Origin: an uncultured Trueperaceae bacterium
GTDB taxonomy: Bacteria; Deinococcota; Deinococci; Deinococcales; Trueperaceae
Direction of reading: 5' to 3'
Assembly: GCA_963815215.1 (NCBI GenBank)
Contig: CAWFFU010000014.1
Coordinates: 1 to 64,000, forward strand
DNA length: 64,000 nucleotides
Numbering within the stretch: position 1 is the first letter of the stretch; each line of letters opens with the position of its first letter. Shown here in pieces: positions 35,375 to 45,392 of this stretch. The position numbers were made by a program, and so were the translations under genes. The notes beneath the pieces were generated by a model. The model made no database searches and was not told the DNA's origin. It saw only the letters and a list, made by a program, of their open reading frames with translations.

Positions 35375-38295
35375 GACTGACCTTTCAGAGCGCGGCTCTG
35401 GGGCGGGGTCGCGCCGACGCCGACGATGGGCGAGCGGTTGCGCTTGCGCCACTGCCAGATGCCGGCGATCAGCACCAGCGCCAGCAGCGCGAACAGGTAG
35501 TTACCGACTTCCCAGCCGGTCTCCTGGGCCTGGGACAGATGCTCGAGCACGCGCGCGGTGTCGCCGCTGGCCCGGATGCCGAGCAGGCTGGCGTCCTCAG
35601 TGGACCAGTCGACGGCGTTCTGCAGCACCTTCAGGTCCTCGGCCGAGAGGCTCTGGTTGAGCCGCGAGGCGAGGTTGAGGACGGTGTCGTTGGCGATCTC
35701 GCCCGAGCCGATGACGACCAGGCGGGAGTTGTCCGGTGACGTCGTGATCACGCCGATCTGGCCCGGCGACCCGGAGCTCGAGCTGCTGCTGCCGCTGCTG
35801 CTGCCGCTGCTGCCTGTGCCCTGTAGCGGGTCCTTCTTGCCCTTGAAGTAGCTGGTGAACGAGCCGCGGATGGCGACCGCCAGCGGGTACGCCTTCTGCG
35901 TCTTGCCGATGGCGAAGCCGTGCTTCGGGTAGCTCTGGAAGTCGGGCACGATGTTGGTGCTCTGCGACGTCCAGGCGTTGGGACTCGACGACATCAGGAT
36001 GTTCACCTGACGGGCCCGGCTCGAGCCTTTCTCCACCGTCAGCGGCGAGGCCCACGGCACCGTCACCGCCGGCAGGTTGGAGGTGATGGGCGAGGAGCGG
36101 TCCATGCTGCTCGGGCGCACGTCGACGAAGAAGGGGTAGTCGACCGCCTGCACCTCCTGCACCGGCACGCCGCCGACGTTGCGGGGCACCACCACCGGGA
36201 ACTGGGTGTTCTGCGTGTCCATCACCACCGAGTCGCCTACGCTCACGCCGTAACTCTTGAGCATGTCGGCCAGGCCGCCCTGGACCTTCCGCAGCGCCAG
36301 CGTGCCGGAGTAGGGCTGCTGGGTGAGGGCGTAATCGCCGCCCGCGACCACCACCGAGCCGCCCCGCATCAGGAACTGATCGATGGCGAAGCGCTGCTTG
36401 GCGTCCATGCCCTGCGGCGACAGCACCAGCAAGGTGTCGACGTCGTTGGGAACGGTGCCGTTGGACAGCGATACGGTCTTCACCTGGTAGTCCTTCTGCA
36501 GTTGCTGCTGGAGGAGCTGGGTCCGGTAGATCTGCTGTCGCTGCTGGCCGTTGGCGGTGGGACCGCCGGCGGGCGGCGGCGTCCACAGCCCGACCACCTT
36601 GAGGAAACCGGAGGTCGAGCGCTTCAGCGCCGCGGTGACGGCGTCCTTCACCGTCTTCTGGCTGAAGCTCCCCGAAGGCACCACCACCTGGCTCTTGCCG
36701 TCGACGGTGAGCAGCATCTGCAGGTAGTAGGTGTCGTTCGACAGCAGGCCGGCCGGGATGGGTTGGATGCCGTACTGCTGTTGGAGCTGCTGCGGGGTGT
36801 AGCGTCCCTTGCCGGAACGGGGGTCGACCTGCTGGAAGGTGAACTTGCCCTTGGCGCCGCTCTGGATCGAGTCCGCCACCTTCTTGACGATGGCCGGTGC
36901 GTCCTTCAGGCCCTGGGGCAGCGACGTCGGCGTCGCCAGCAGGGTCAGCTGGGCGGGCTGCTTCAACGAGGCGAGGACCGTGTCGAGGTCGCTGAAGCCC
37001 GCCACGTCCTTCTTGATGGCGCGCGTCAGGTTGTACTCCAGGTTGTTGAGCTCGACGTTGGGCGAGCCGCCGTTCGGGTTCGAGGTGACGTTGATCAGAT
37101 CGCTGAGCTTGAGCACCTGGGTCTGGTCGCCGTAGCGCACCAGGATGGCGAAGTAGGCGTTCACGACCGAGGACTGGTAGCGGTTGGCCACCTGGAACGG
37201 GTGAGGCTGGATGCCGTAGTCCTGGTTGGCGGTCTGCTCGATCTTGGGATTGGTGGAGGGATCCACGACTTCGGCCCTGACGCGCCCGTGCGAGGCGACC
37301 TGGTACTCGTGCAGCATGTCCGCCACCTGCGGGATCAGGGGTTTGAGGAGCGGATGGGTGTCCTTGCTCAGGTAGGCCCGGATGAGCAATGGCTGCTGCA
37401 ACGAGCCGAGCAGGTCGCGCGTGGTCGCCGACAGGCTGTAGCGGTGGTCCTGCGTCATGTCGAGGCGCAGGCTGGACAGCGGCAGCATCCAACCGTTGAG
37501 CAGCAGCAGGTTGAGCGCCACGAGTCCCACGCCGAGCAGCCGCGCGTTGCGGTACGGGCGCGTGAGCGCCGTGCCGCTCCAGCGCTTGCTGTCGAGCGAC
37601 AGCACGTTGAGCGTGAAGAACAGGCCGGCCAGCGACAGGTAGAAGGCGAGGTCGCGCAGGTCGAGCACGCCCCGTTCGATCGATTGGAAGTGGGTGGTGG
37701 TGGAGAGCTCGCGGAACACCGTGGCGACGCCCGCCGGAACGAAGTCGAGCACGGCGCTGGTGCCGATCAGGTAGAACGCCCCGCCGACCAGCAGGGTCAC
37801 GATGAGCGACACGATCTGGTTGTCGCTGCGCGAGGACACGAACAACCCGATGGCGGTGTAGGCGGCGGCCATCAACAGGGCGGCCACGTAGCCGCCCACG
37901 ACGGGTCCCCAATCGAGGTTGCCCAGCAGGGCGACGGTGATGGGCAGGCTGACGGTCAGGGCCAGGGCCACCGTCACCAGCGCCATCACTGCCAGGAACT
38001 TGCCGAGCACCAGGCGCCAGGCGTCGATCGGTAGGGTGAGGAGCATCTCGAGGGTGCCGGAACGTTGCTCCTCGCTCCACTGGCGCATGGTCAGCGCTGC
38101 GACGAGGAACACCAGCAGCAACGGCATCCAGGTGAACAACGGCCGCACGTCGGCGATGCCGCGTGCGAAGAAGGTGGCCACCCAGAAGAACACGAAGAAG
38201 GTGACCAGCAGGAAGGTGCCCATGAAGATGAGCGCCAGGGGCGACCCGAAGGCGCTGGAGAGCTCCTTCTTGGCGATGGCGACGGTCTGTCGCAA
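35371..38295 (-). CDS. ABC permease (GldF-like) fused to a GldG-like ABC auxiliary domain
   Basis: LTMRQWSEEQRSGTLEMLLTLP, GKFLA, HF.SI.RG..D.RD, then RLDMTQD.RYSLS..T, LEY.LT.AI, IDQFLM.GG, NAVDW; TTG start with GGAGGT RBS. Confidence 0.82.
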   Translation of the reverse strand: MRQTVAIAKKELSSAFGSPLALIFMGTFLLVTFFVFFWVATFFARGIADVRPLFTWMPLLLVFLVAALTMRQWSEEQRSGTLEMLLTLPIDAWRLVLGKFLAVMALVTVALALTVSLPITVALLGNLDWGPVVGGYVAALLMAAAYTAIGLFVSSRSDNQIVSLIVTLLVGGAFYLIGTSAVLDFVPAGVATVFRELSTTTHFQSIERGVLDLRDLAFYLSLAGLFFTLNVLSLDSKRWSGTALTRPYRNARLLGVGLVALNLLLLNGWMLPLSSLRLDMTQDHRYSLSATTRDLLGSLQQPLLIRAYLSKDTHPLLKPLIPQVADMLHEYQVASHGRVRAEVVDPSTNPKIEQTANQDYGIQPHPFQVANRYQSSVVNAYFAILVRYGDQTQVLKLSDLINVTSNPNGGSPNVELNNLEYNLTRAIKKDVAGFSDLDTVLASLKQPAQLTLLATPTSLPQGLKDAPAIVKKVADSIQSGAKGKFTFQQVDPRSGKGRYTPQQLQQQYGIQPIPAGLLSNDTYYLQMLLTVDGKSQVVVPSGSFSQKTVKDAVTAALKRSTSGFLKVVGLWTPPPAGGPTANGQQRQQIYRTQLLQQQLQKDYQVKTVSLSNGTVPNDVDTLLVLSPQGMDAKQRFAIDQFLMRGGSVVVAGGDYALTQQPYSGTLALRKVQGGLADMLKSYGVSVGDSVVMDTQNTQFPVVVPRNVGGVPVQEVQAVDYPFFVDVRPSSMDRSSPITSNLPAVTVPWASPLTVEKGSSRARQVNILMSSSPNAWTSQSTNIVPDFQSYPKHGFAIGKTQKAYPLAVAIRGSFTSYFKGKKDPLQGTGSSGSSSGSSSSSSGSPGQIGVITTSPDNSRLVVIGSGEIANDTVLNLASRLNQSLSAEDLKVLQNAVDWSTEDASLLGIRASGDTARVLEHLSQAQETGWEVGNYLFALLALVLIAGIWQWRKRNRSPIVGVGATPPQSRALKGQS

Positions 38296-38307
38296 GTCCG
38301 TACCTCC

Positions 38308-39285
38308 CTAGGCGGCGGACGGCGCGCTCGAGGCGGCCTGCGCGCTCGAGGCGGCCGGCGCACTCTGGCGGGCCAGCTCGTTGAACACGGTCTCCAACGT
38401 GCGGGTCTCGCGCCGCAACTCCCGCAGCGGCCAGTCCCGCTGCTTGGCGAGCTCGAAGATGGCGGGGCACAGGTCGAGGTCGTCCTCGGCATGCACCACG
38501 TACGCTACGCGGCCGTCCGCGGGCGCGCCCGGTTGGACGCCCTGCGCGCCCGGCAGGCCGCGGAGCGCCTCGCTCACGGCGGGGTCGGCGGCGCTACCCT
38601 CCAGCACCAGCCTCGCGGTGCCGCTCTTGGCGAGGTCCGAGAGCTGCGCGTCGGCGCGGATCACGCCGCCCATGATCATCACGGCGCGGTCACACAGCGC
38701 CTCCACCTCGGGCAGGATGTGGCTGGAGAAGAGCACCGTGCTGGTCTTGGCCAGCGTCCGAACGAGCTGCCGGATCTCGGCGAGCTGGGTGGGATCGAGG
38801 CCGACGGTGGGCTCGTCGAGGATCAACAGCTTGGGCCGGTGCAGGATGGCCTGTGCGATCCCCACGCGCTGCCGGTAGCCCTTGGAGAGGTGCTGGATGG
38901 GGCGGGTCAGCATGGGACCCAGCCCGGTGGCGCGGATGGCGTCGGAGAGCGACGTCGTTTGCTGGGCGCGCGGGATGCGGCGCACCTCCGCCATCATCAA
39001 CAGGTACTCCTGAACCGTCAGCTCGGGGTAGAGCGGGGCGTTCTCGGGCAGGTAGCCGATACGCTCCTGCGCCTTCCGGCGCTCCACCAGGACGTCGAAG
39101 TCCTCGATGCTGACCTGCCCGCTGTCGGGCTGCAGGTAGCCGGTGAGGATCTTCATCAGGGTGGACTTGCCGGCGCCGTTGGGCCCCAATAGGCCCACGA
39201 TGGTGCCGGCCTCGATGCGGAAGCTCACGTCCTGTAGCGCCCGCACCGCGCCGTACGATTTGGATACGTTCCGAACGTCGACCAA
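38308..39285 (-). CDS. ABC ATP-binding protein (GldA-like)
   Basis: GPNGAGKST, IGYLPE..PLY, LSKGYRQRVG.AQA..H.P..LILDEPT.GLDP.Q, SSHIL.EVEA.C; TTG start after GGGAGG. Confidence 0.9.
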   Translation of the reverse strand: MVDVRNVSKSYGAVRALQDVSFRIEAGTIVGLLGPNGAGKSTLMKILTGYLQPDSGQVSIEDFDVLVERRKAQERIGYLPENAPLYPELTVQEYLLMMAEVRRIPRAQQTTSLSDAIRATGLGPMLTRPIQHLSKGYRQRVGIAQAILHRPKLLILDEPTVGLDPTQLAEIRQLVRTLAKTSTVLFSSHILPEVEALCDRAVMIMGGVIRADAQLSDLAKSGTARLVLEGSAADPAVSEALRGLPGAQGVQPGAPADGRVAYVVHAEDDLDLCPAIFELAKQRDWPLRELRRETRTLETVFNELARQSAPAASSAQAASSAPSAA

Positions 39286-39367
39286 GTTGGACCTCCCGAC
39301 TCCGCGGTCGTTCGTGCGCGTTGTGCTGGTGCCGGCGAGGGCTTCGAACGCCGGCGCTGCCGGCGCG

Positions 39368-39401
39368 GCTCGGGCGGCGTGCGGCCGCACGCCGCCCGAG
39401 C
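39368..39401. repeat. Perfect 34-bp palindrome upstream of the gldA-like gene
   Basis: GCTCGGGCGGCGTGCGG|CCGCACGCCGCCCGAGC. Confidence 0.75.
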
Positions 39402-39618
39402 GGGGGGTTTCGCCGTCACCCAAGGGGTTTACCGAATCCCAGATGAACCGTAGACCAGGGTTTCGTGAAGATGTTGAGCGCAACGTGGGAAGCGCGCTCG
39501 CCGGCCCGCCGCGACACACGCCGCTGTCGGATGGGCGAGCGCTCCGTAGAATGCATGGAACGGCTCGGAAACGGCACGCTGGCCGCATTTCGCGGGCGGC
39601 GACCCCACGCCGCGGGAG

Positions 39619-42210
39619 ATGACGCGCATGTCGCTGGTCCACAGTCCCTACGTACCGTCGCTCGTCCTCAGCGGCCTCGCGCTGCTGGTGCTGGCGTGGG
39701 TCGCGTGGGCGCGCCGCCGCGACGTCCGGGGCGGGCAGGCGCTGACCGTGCTGGCCGTGCTCGGTGCCTGGTGGGCGGGGGCGCTGGCACTGTGGGTGGC
39801 GGCCGGTGGCGGCACGCTCGGCGCGGAGGCGCTGCGCCTGCAGGCGGCCGCCGGTGTGCTGGTGCCGTGGGCGCTGCTGGCGTTCGCGCTGCGGGCCACG
39901 CGCCTCGTGGAGCGCCAGGGCGCGATCCTGTGGGGGCTGGCGGTGCCGGCGGTCGCCTTCGCCGCTCTCGCCTTCGGTCCGATCGGCGGGCTGTCGTTGT
40001 GGCGGTCCCTGAGCACGCGCGCCGCGTTCGACGGATCGCTGTGGGTGGGTGAGGCCACCGTCTACGGCCCCCTGGCCGGCGCCTTCGACGCGATCCTGAT
40101 CGGTGTGGCGGTGGCCTTGCTGGCGGTGGCGGTGGTGCGCGCGCCGGCGCCGCGCCGGGCGCCGCACGCCTGGACGCTGGCGGGCGTGGTCCTACCGGCG
40201 GTGGCCGCCGCCGTGGTGGGGCTGGGTGCGGCGGTCGCGCCGAGCGCCCTCCCGGCGGCGCTGGCGTTGCTGCCGCCGGCCGCGTTCCTGCTCGCGCCGG
40301 CTGCGCTGGCCGTTGCCCACGGGCTCTTCGGCGACGAACGCACGCGCGCCGGGGAAGCGACCGATGAGCGGTCGGCCGCAGGTACGGCTGCAGCCACGGT
40401 CGCAGCGGGGACGCGCCGCCGCGAGCTGGTCGACCACCTCGAGCAACCGGTGCTGTGGCTCGACGGGGCGTCGCGAGTGAGGTACGCCAATGCCGCGGCC
40501 GGCCTGCTGTTCCGCCGCGAGGCGGGGCTGCTGGGGGAGCCCGCCGAGGCCCTGTTCCGCGACCTCCCCGCGATGCTGGCGGCACTGCTGCGCCGGCGCC
40601 GCGCGGTGCTCGAGATCGAGTTGTCGCGCGCGACCGGCAGGCTGCGCTACGAGGCGTGGTTGACGCCGCTGCTCGAGCCCAGCGGACGGCACGCCGGGAT
40701 GCTGCTGACGCTGGTAGACAGCGCCCGGCTGCGCCGGGCGGAGGCCACAGCGGAGGTGGTGGAGGCGCAGGAGCGGCGTCACGAGGCGTTGCTCGAAGCG
40801 CTTCACGAGGCGCTCCGCGCCATCGGTCGGGGCGAGGCGCTGGGGCTGCTGCTCGACATCGTGCTGACCAGCGCCGCGGGGGCGCTGGAGGTTCCACACG
40901 CCGCGCTCTACCTGCACGACCCGGCGGCCGACGTGCTGCGACGGCGCACGGCCGTCGGCGGCTTCGAGGCGCGCGAGGAGTCGCCGCTGCGGCCTCAGGA
41001 GGGGCTGGCGGGCCAGGCGTGGGCGTCGACCTCGGTGGTGTCGGCCGAGGCGCTGCCCGTCGAAGGCGCGGACCGCGACGCTGCGGACCGCGATGACGCT
41101 GCGACCTGGGCGGGCGCCGCGGTGGCGGTGCCGCTGCGCCTGGCGGGCCGGAGCCTCGGCGTACTGCAGGTGGCGCGACGCCATGCCGACCGCCGGCCCT
41201 TCGGGCCCGAGGAGGTGAACGCCCTTGAGCGCTTCGCGGAGCTGGCGGCGATCGCGGTCCGGGACGCGCGGGCGCGCGAGCGCGCCGAGCGGGCCGAGGA
41301 CGAGCTGGCGTGGCTCGATCAACTCGACGTGGCCATCGCGCAGCAGGAGCCCGACACTGCGGTGCTCGATCTGGCGTTGAGCGCGGCGCGCGCGGCCGCC
41401 GGTTTCGAGCGGGCGGTGGTGTGGCTGCCTTCGTCGGACGGGCGGGTGCTGGAGGCGAGCGCCTGGCTGGGGCTCGAGCTGGGGCCGGAGTCGACGCAGC
41501 GGGTGCTGCTGGACGGCTCGGCGCCGCTGCTCGAGGACGCCTTCCTCGGCGGCCACGAGATCGTGCTGCGGGGGGGCGGGCCGCTGCCGCAGCGGCTGCA
41601 GCCGAGCGGACCGGTGGCGGCGTCGCCGCTGATGCGCGCGGCCTGGCCGGTGGTGCTCCCGCTGCACGGCTCCGCCGGGGTGGTGGGGGTGCTGGTCGCC
41701 GACGACCAACAGCAGGGCGCCGACCTCGATCTGCGCCTGCGGGTGCTACGGCGCATCGCCGCGCGTGCGGGGCAGGCCCTCGACCGGGCACGCCTGCGTC
41801 AGGAGGCGAGTTGCCGTGCCGCCGAGGTGGAACGCGCGCGGACCCAGGTCCAGGCTGCGCTGGCGGCCCGAGAAGCGCTCCTGAACGCCCTTCCCGTCGC
41901 CTACTTCGAGACCGATCTGCGGGGTGAGCTCACGCGCGCCTCGCCCGAGCTGGCGCGCCTGGCCGGGTTCGACGAGGACGTGTTGCGCGGCATCTACCTG
42001 GGCGATCTGGCGGCGTCCGGCGGCGAGGGCGCGCTGACCGAGCTGTTCGGACGTGTCCTGCGCAATGGGCACGTCGCCCGGCGCGCGTCGTGGGCGCTGC
42101 TGGCCCGCCGCGGGGCGGTGGTGCCGGTGGAGCTGTCGATCGGCCTGCTGCGCGGACCGACCGGCGATGCGGCCGGCTACTTCGGTCTGCTGACGCCGCG
42201 CCCGCGCTAG
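39619..42210 (+). CDS. Membrane sensor: HisKA_7TM-like + PAS + GAF + GAF + PAS, no output domain
   Basis: Hydrophobic N-terminus; PAS (V..LD...RV.YAN.AA); GAF (VAVPL......GVL.V.....PF..EE...LE.FA..AA.A); second GAF; PAS (LL..LP...FETD..G). Stops at TAG right after the last PAS. Confidence 0.7.
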   Translation: MTRMSLVHSPYVPSLVLSGLALLVLAWVAWARRRDVRGGQALTVLAVLGAWWAGALALWVAAGGGTLGAEALRLQAAAGVLVPWALLAFALRATRLVERQGAILWGLAVPAVAFAALAFGPIGGLSLWRSLSTRAAFDGSLWVGEATVYGPLAGAFDAILIGVAVALLAVAVVRAPAPRRAPHAWTLAGVVLPAVAAAVVGLGAAVAPSALPAALALLPPAAFLLAPAALAVAHGLFGDERTRAGEATDERSAAGTAAATVAAGTRRRELVDHLEQPVLWLDGASRVRYANAAAGLLFRREAGLLGEPAEALFRDLPAMLAALLRRRRAVLEIELSRATGRLRYEAWLTPLLEPSGRHAGMLLTLVDSARLRRAEATAEVVEAQERRHEALLEALHEALRAIGRGEALGLLLDIVLTSAAGALEVPHAALYLHDPAADVLRRRTAVGGFEAREESPLRPQEGLAGQAWASTSVVSAEALPVEGADRDAADRDDAATWAGAAVAVPLRLAGRSLGVLQVARRHADRRPFGPEEVNALERFAELAAIAVRDARARERAERAEDELAWLDQLDVAIAQQEPDTAVLDLALSAARAAAGFERAVVWLPSSDGRVLEASAWLGLELGPESTQRVLLDGSAPLLEDAFLGGHEIVLRGGGPLPQRLQPSGPVAASPLMRAAWPVVLPLHGSAGVVGVLVADDQQQGADLDLRLRVLRRIAARAGQALDRARLRQEASCRAAEVERARTQVQAALAAREALLNALPVAYFETDLRGELTRASPELARLAGFDEDVLRGIYLGDLAASGGEGALTELFGRVLRNGHVARRASWALLARRGAVVPVELSIGLLRGPTGDAAGYFGLLTPRPR

Positions 42211-42257
42211 CGCCCTGGGGCGCGTCTGCAACGGCGTCGGTGCTACGCTGAGCGCAC

Positions 42258-43139
42258 ATGTCCCGGCCGGAGCCGCCCCCGATACCTCTCGACCTACCGC
42301 CCGCGCGCGGCGCCGCCGCCGTCACCTTGGTGGTGGGGGCCGGCGGCGCGGCGAGCGCCGCGGCGGTGGGCGCACTGCGCGCGCTGCAGCGTGCCGGCGT
42401 GAGGGTCGGCGGCATCGTGGGCAGCTCTAGCGGAGGGGCGGTGGCGGCGGCGTTGGCGCTGGGCTGGGAGGCCGGGACCACCGAAGCGGTGCTGCGGCGT
42501 CTGTGGGTGCCCGCCGTGATGCGCGGCGCGCGGCAGCGCGCCGCGCTTCGCCTGGCGCTGCCGGGACTGGCGCGTGGCGCCGCCTTCGCGCTGAGCGAGG
42601 GCGGGGCGTTGACGGAGCGCGTGCGCCGCGCCTTCGGCGAGGCGCACTTCGAGGACGCCCGCATCCCGCTGCGGATCATCGCGACCGATCTGGAGAGCGG
42701 TGAGCGTGTGCGCCTCGAGCAGGGCTCGCTGGCCGACGCGGTCCGCGCCAGCCTCAGCGTGCCGCTGCTCTTCCCGCCGGTGCCCTGGCAGGGCCGGCAG
42801 CTGGTGGACGGCGCCCTCTCCGATCCGCTGCCGGTACTGGAGGCGGTGGGATGGGGCTCGGAGGTGGTGGTGGCGCTGGGCTTCATGAGCCGGGCGCCGC
42901 AGCGCGCCGGAGGGGCGCTGGCGGCAGTGCTGTCGACCCACGTGGCGGCGGTCAACAACCTGATGCGGCTGGCGTCGGCATACTACGACCTGGCGGCGCC
43001 GCTGCGGGTCTTGCGGCTCGAGCCCGCGCCCTTCGCCGTCACGCCCATGTTCGACGGCTCCGGCACCGCCGAGGCGATCGCCGCCGGCGAGCGCGCCATG
43101 GAGGACGCCATGCCGGAACTCGCCCGCCTGCTGGCGTGA
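42258..43139 (+). CDS. Patatin-like phospholipase
   Basis: GSSSG nucleophile elbow, FED..IP..I.ATD, A.RAS.S.P..FPP, LVDGA. The Gly-rich loop lacks the usual Arg/Lys. Confidence 0.82.
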   Translation: MSRPEPPPIPLDLPPARGAAAVTLVVGAGGAASAAAVGALRALQRAGVRVGGIVGSSSGGAVAAALALGWEAGTTEAVLRRLWVPAVMRGARQRAALRLALPGLARGAAFALSEGGALTERVRRAFGEAHFEDARIPLRIIATDLESGERVRLEQGSLADAVRASLSVPLLFPPVPWQGRQLVDGALSDPLPVLEAVGWGSEVVVALGFMSRAPQRAGGALAAVLSTHVAAVNNLMRLASAYYDLAAPLRVLRLEPAPFAVTPMFDGSGTAEAIAAGERAMEDAMPELARLLA

Positions 43140-43145
43140 GCGGCG

Positions 43146-43571
43146 TCAGGCGCTCTGTCGGCTGTCGATGAGTTGCGCCAGGTACACGCGGTCGAGCGTC
43201 TCGCGGATGGCGAGACTGGTGCTGACCCACGCCACGTTGAGGCGACAGAAGCCCGTGCGCTGCTGGGTGGCGCAGCGCGCCTGGGTCTGGCAGGTATCGA
43301 CCACCACCGACCCGGACACCGCCTCGATCACGTCGAGTAACGACAACCGTTCGACATCGACGCGCAGCGTGACGCCGCCGTTGCGCCCCGGCCTGCTCTC
43401 CAGGAAGCGCGCGGCGGACAGCTTGCGCAGCACCTTCGCCAGGAAGGCGGGCGGCATCTGCAGGTCCTTGGCTATGAGGGCGGCGCTCGCGCCCGGGTTC
43501 TCGGCGGCGTAGATGAGGGCGTGGATGGCGTAGCTCTCCTCGCGCCTCAGCAGGGTCCGGATGTCATGCAT
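43146..43571 (-). CDS. Rrf2-family transcriptional regulator
   Basis: YAIHAL, IA....P.AFL.KVL.KL, S.PG.NGG..L, LLDVIEAV; three C-terminal Cys residues. Confidence 0.9.
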   Translation of the reverse strand: MHDIRTLLRREESYAIHALIYAAENPGASAALIAKDLQMPPAFLAKVLRKLSAARFLESRPGRNGGVTLRVDVERLSLLDVIEAVSGSVVVDTCQTQARCATQQRTGFCRLNVAWVSTSLAIRETLDRVYLAQLIDSRQSA

Positions 43572-43736
43572 GCCAGTGCTCCGGCGGCAACCCGAGCTGC
43601 CACCATGCTAGCAGACAAACGCGGAGATGGCGCTCGGATTTGGAGGCGATGCAGCGTCTGTTGCCCGGTTCGGGCCTGTCGAAAGGGGACAGTGGTGTCC
43701 GAGTATGGACGGGGGCGGTGGTGGGGCCGGGGGAGG

Positions 43737-45368
43737 TCAATGCGGCAGCGCCAGCAGCAGCACCTGCGCCAGCAGGATCTTGACGATGGTGGCCAGCGGG
43801 AACACGGTGGCGTAGCCGACGTTGGGCAGGTCGTTGCCGGTCTGCTCGTTGGCGAAGCCCAGCACCGCCGGCTGCGTCTGCTGCCCCGACAACATGCCGA
43901 TCAGCAGGCTCATGGGGATGCGCAACAGCCGGCTTCCCACCACCAGCGTCAGCAGGGCGCTGGCGCAGGTGACGAGCGCGCCGCCCAGGAACAGCTTCAG
44001 ACCGCCGCCGCCGGCGAGAGTGGTCGCGAAGGCGTGGCCGCTGCGGGTGCCGATCCCGGCGAGGAACAGCACCAGCCCGAGCTGGCGCAGCGTCAGGTTG
44101 GCGCTGTAGGGTGGCTGCCACACGATGGGCCCGGTGCGCCGCAGGGCGGACAGCGCCAGCGCCACGACCAGCGGGCCGCCCGCGAAGCCCAGTCGGAAGG
44201 TGAGGCCGCCGGGCAGCGGCAACGGCACCAGGCCGAGCGCCAGCCCCAGCGCGATGCCGAGGCCGAAGGGAAGCACGTCGATCTCGGACAGCGAGCGGTA
44301 GGAATCGCCGAAGAAGTGCCCGACCGCGTCCATGCGGTCGCGGCGGGTGACGACACGGACGCGGTCACCGAGCTCCAGCCGCATGCCCCCCGAGGGGAGC
44401 AGGTCGCTGTCGCCGCGCCGCACGCGCGTCACCAGCGCACCGAAGCGCTCCAGCAGGCCCAGGTCGCGCAACGCCCTACCTGCCACCTCCGGTCGCGACA
44501 CGAAGATGCGCCGCACGTCCAGGCGCGCCCGGTCGAACTCGAGGTGCTCCGGGCTGGGCTCGCCCAGCGCCGGCACCACCGCCTGCAGGTCCTCGGCGGC
44601 GCCCACCAGGGTGACGTCGTCGCCGGGGCGCAGCACGGTGTCGCCGTGCACCAGGTCGAGCTCGTCACCGCGCCGGAAGCGTGCGAAGAGCACGTGCCAG
44701 CGCTCGCGCTCCAGCCACCCCTGAACGTTCCGCTCGGCCATGTCGGGGCGGGTGATGCGCACCGTCGCCGCGTCCAGCCGCTCGCCCGAGGCGCCCAGGT
44801 CGCGCAGCGCCCGCGCCTCCTTGCGGTAGTCGATGTGCCAGAGCCGCTGCGCGATGAAGATCGCCAGGATGACCCCCACGACGCCCACCGGGTAGCTGAT
44901 CGAGTACGCCACCACGGGCTGGTTGTCGAGCGCCGCCCGCCCGCTCTGCTGTAGCGTCTCCACCAGGCTGGCGAGGGCGGGCGTGTTGGTGAGCCCTCCC
45001 GCGAACAGGCCGGCGGCGAACGGTCCCGGGATCCCGAGACCCAGTGCGAGCGCCGTGGTCACACCGGCGGCGAAGAGCAGCGAGGCCAGCACCAGCAGGT
45101 TGTCGCGCAACCCGCGCCGTCCGAACGACGCGAAGAAGCCGGGTCCGCTGGCCAGCCCCACGGTGTACACGAAGATCACCAGGCCGAGCTGGTAGACGAG
45201 ATCTGGCAGCCGCAGGCTGGGGTCGATCGCGCCTACCCCCAACCCCACGAACAACACGGCTGCGACGCCGAGGTTGAAGCCTGCCACCCGGATGCGCCCC
45301 AACGGATAACCCAGCGCTGCGACGATGAAGAGTAGCAGCAGCGGATTGCTGGCGATCAGTGCGACCAT
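43737..45368 (-). CDS. Aspartate:alanine exchanger (YidE/YbjL) family transporter with TrkA_C domains
   Basis: LG.AAVLF.GL..G, GL..FVY.VGL.SGP.FF, G..TNTPAL, TRVRRGD, AGGPL.V, G.QTQPA.L, YA.V.P. Confidence 0.9.
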   Translation of the reverse strand: MVALIASNPLLLLFIVAALGYPLGRIRVAGFNLGVAAVLFVGLGVGAIDPSLRLPDLVYQLGLVIFVYTVGLASGPGFFASFGRRGLRDNLLVLASLLFAAGVTTALALGLGIPGPFAAGLFAGGLTNTPALASLVETLQQSGRAALDNQPVVAYSISYPVGVVGVILAIFIAQRLWHIDYRKEARALRDLGASGERLDAATVRITRPDMAERNVQGWLERERWHVLFARFRRGDELDLVHGDTVLRPGDDVTLVGAAEDLQAVVPALGEPSPEHLEFDRARLDVRRIFVSRPEVAGRALRDLGLLERFGALVTRVRRGDSDLLPSGGMRLELGDRVRVVTRRDRMDAVGHFFGDSYRSLSEIDVLPFGLGIALGLALGLVPLPLPGGLTFRLGFAGGPLVVALALSALRRTGPIVWQPPYSANLTLRQLGLVLFLAGIGTRSGHAFATTLAGGGGLKLFLGGALVTCASALLTLVVGSRLLRIPMSLLIGMLSGQQTQPAVLGFANEQTGNDLPNVGYATVFPLATIVKILLAQVLLLALPH

Positions 45369-45392
45369 GACGGAGAGCGGGCGGGCGGCGGG

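Noticed and set aside
38308..40167. 619-aa ORF-track extension of the ABC ATPase
   Set aside because: The extra N-terminus is low-complexity antisense to the sensor gene. A TTG with a good RBS at 39285 matches the domain start.
42258..43139. Patatin as a CBASS/antiphage effector
   Set aside because: No CD-NTase or other defence genes nearby; it resembles stand-alone RssA-like patatins.
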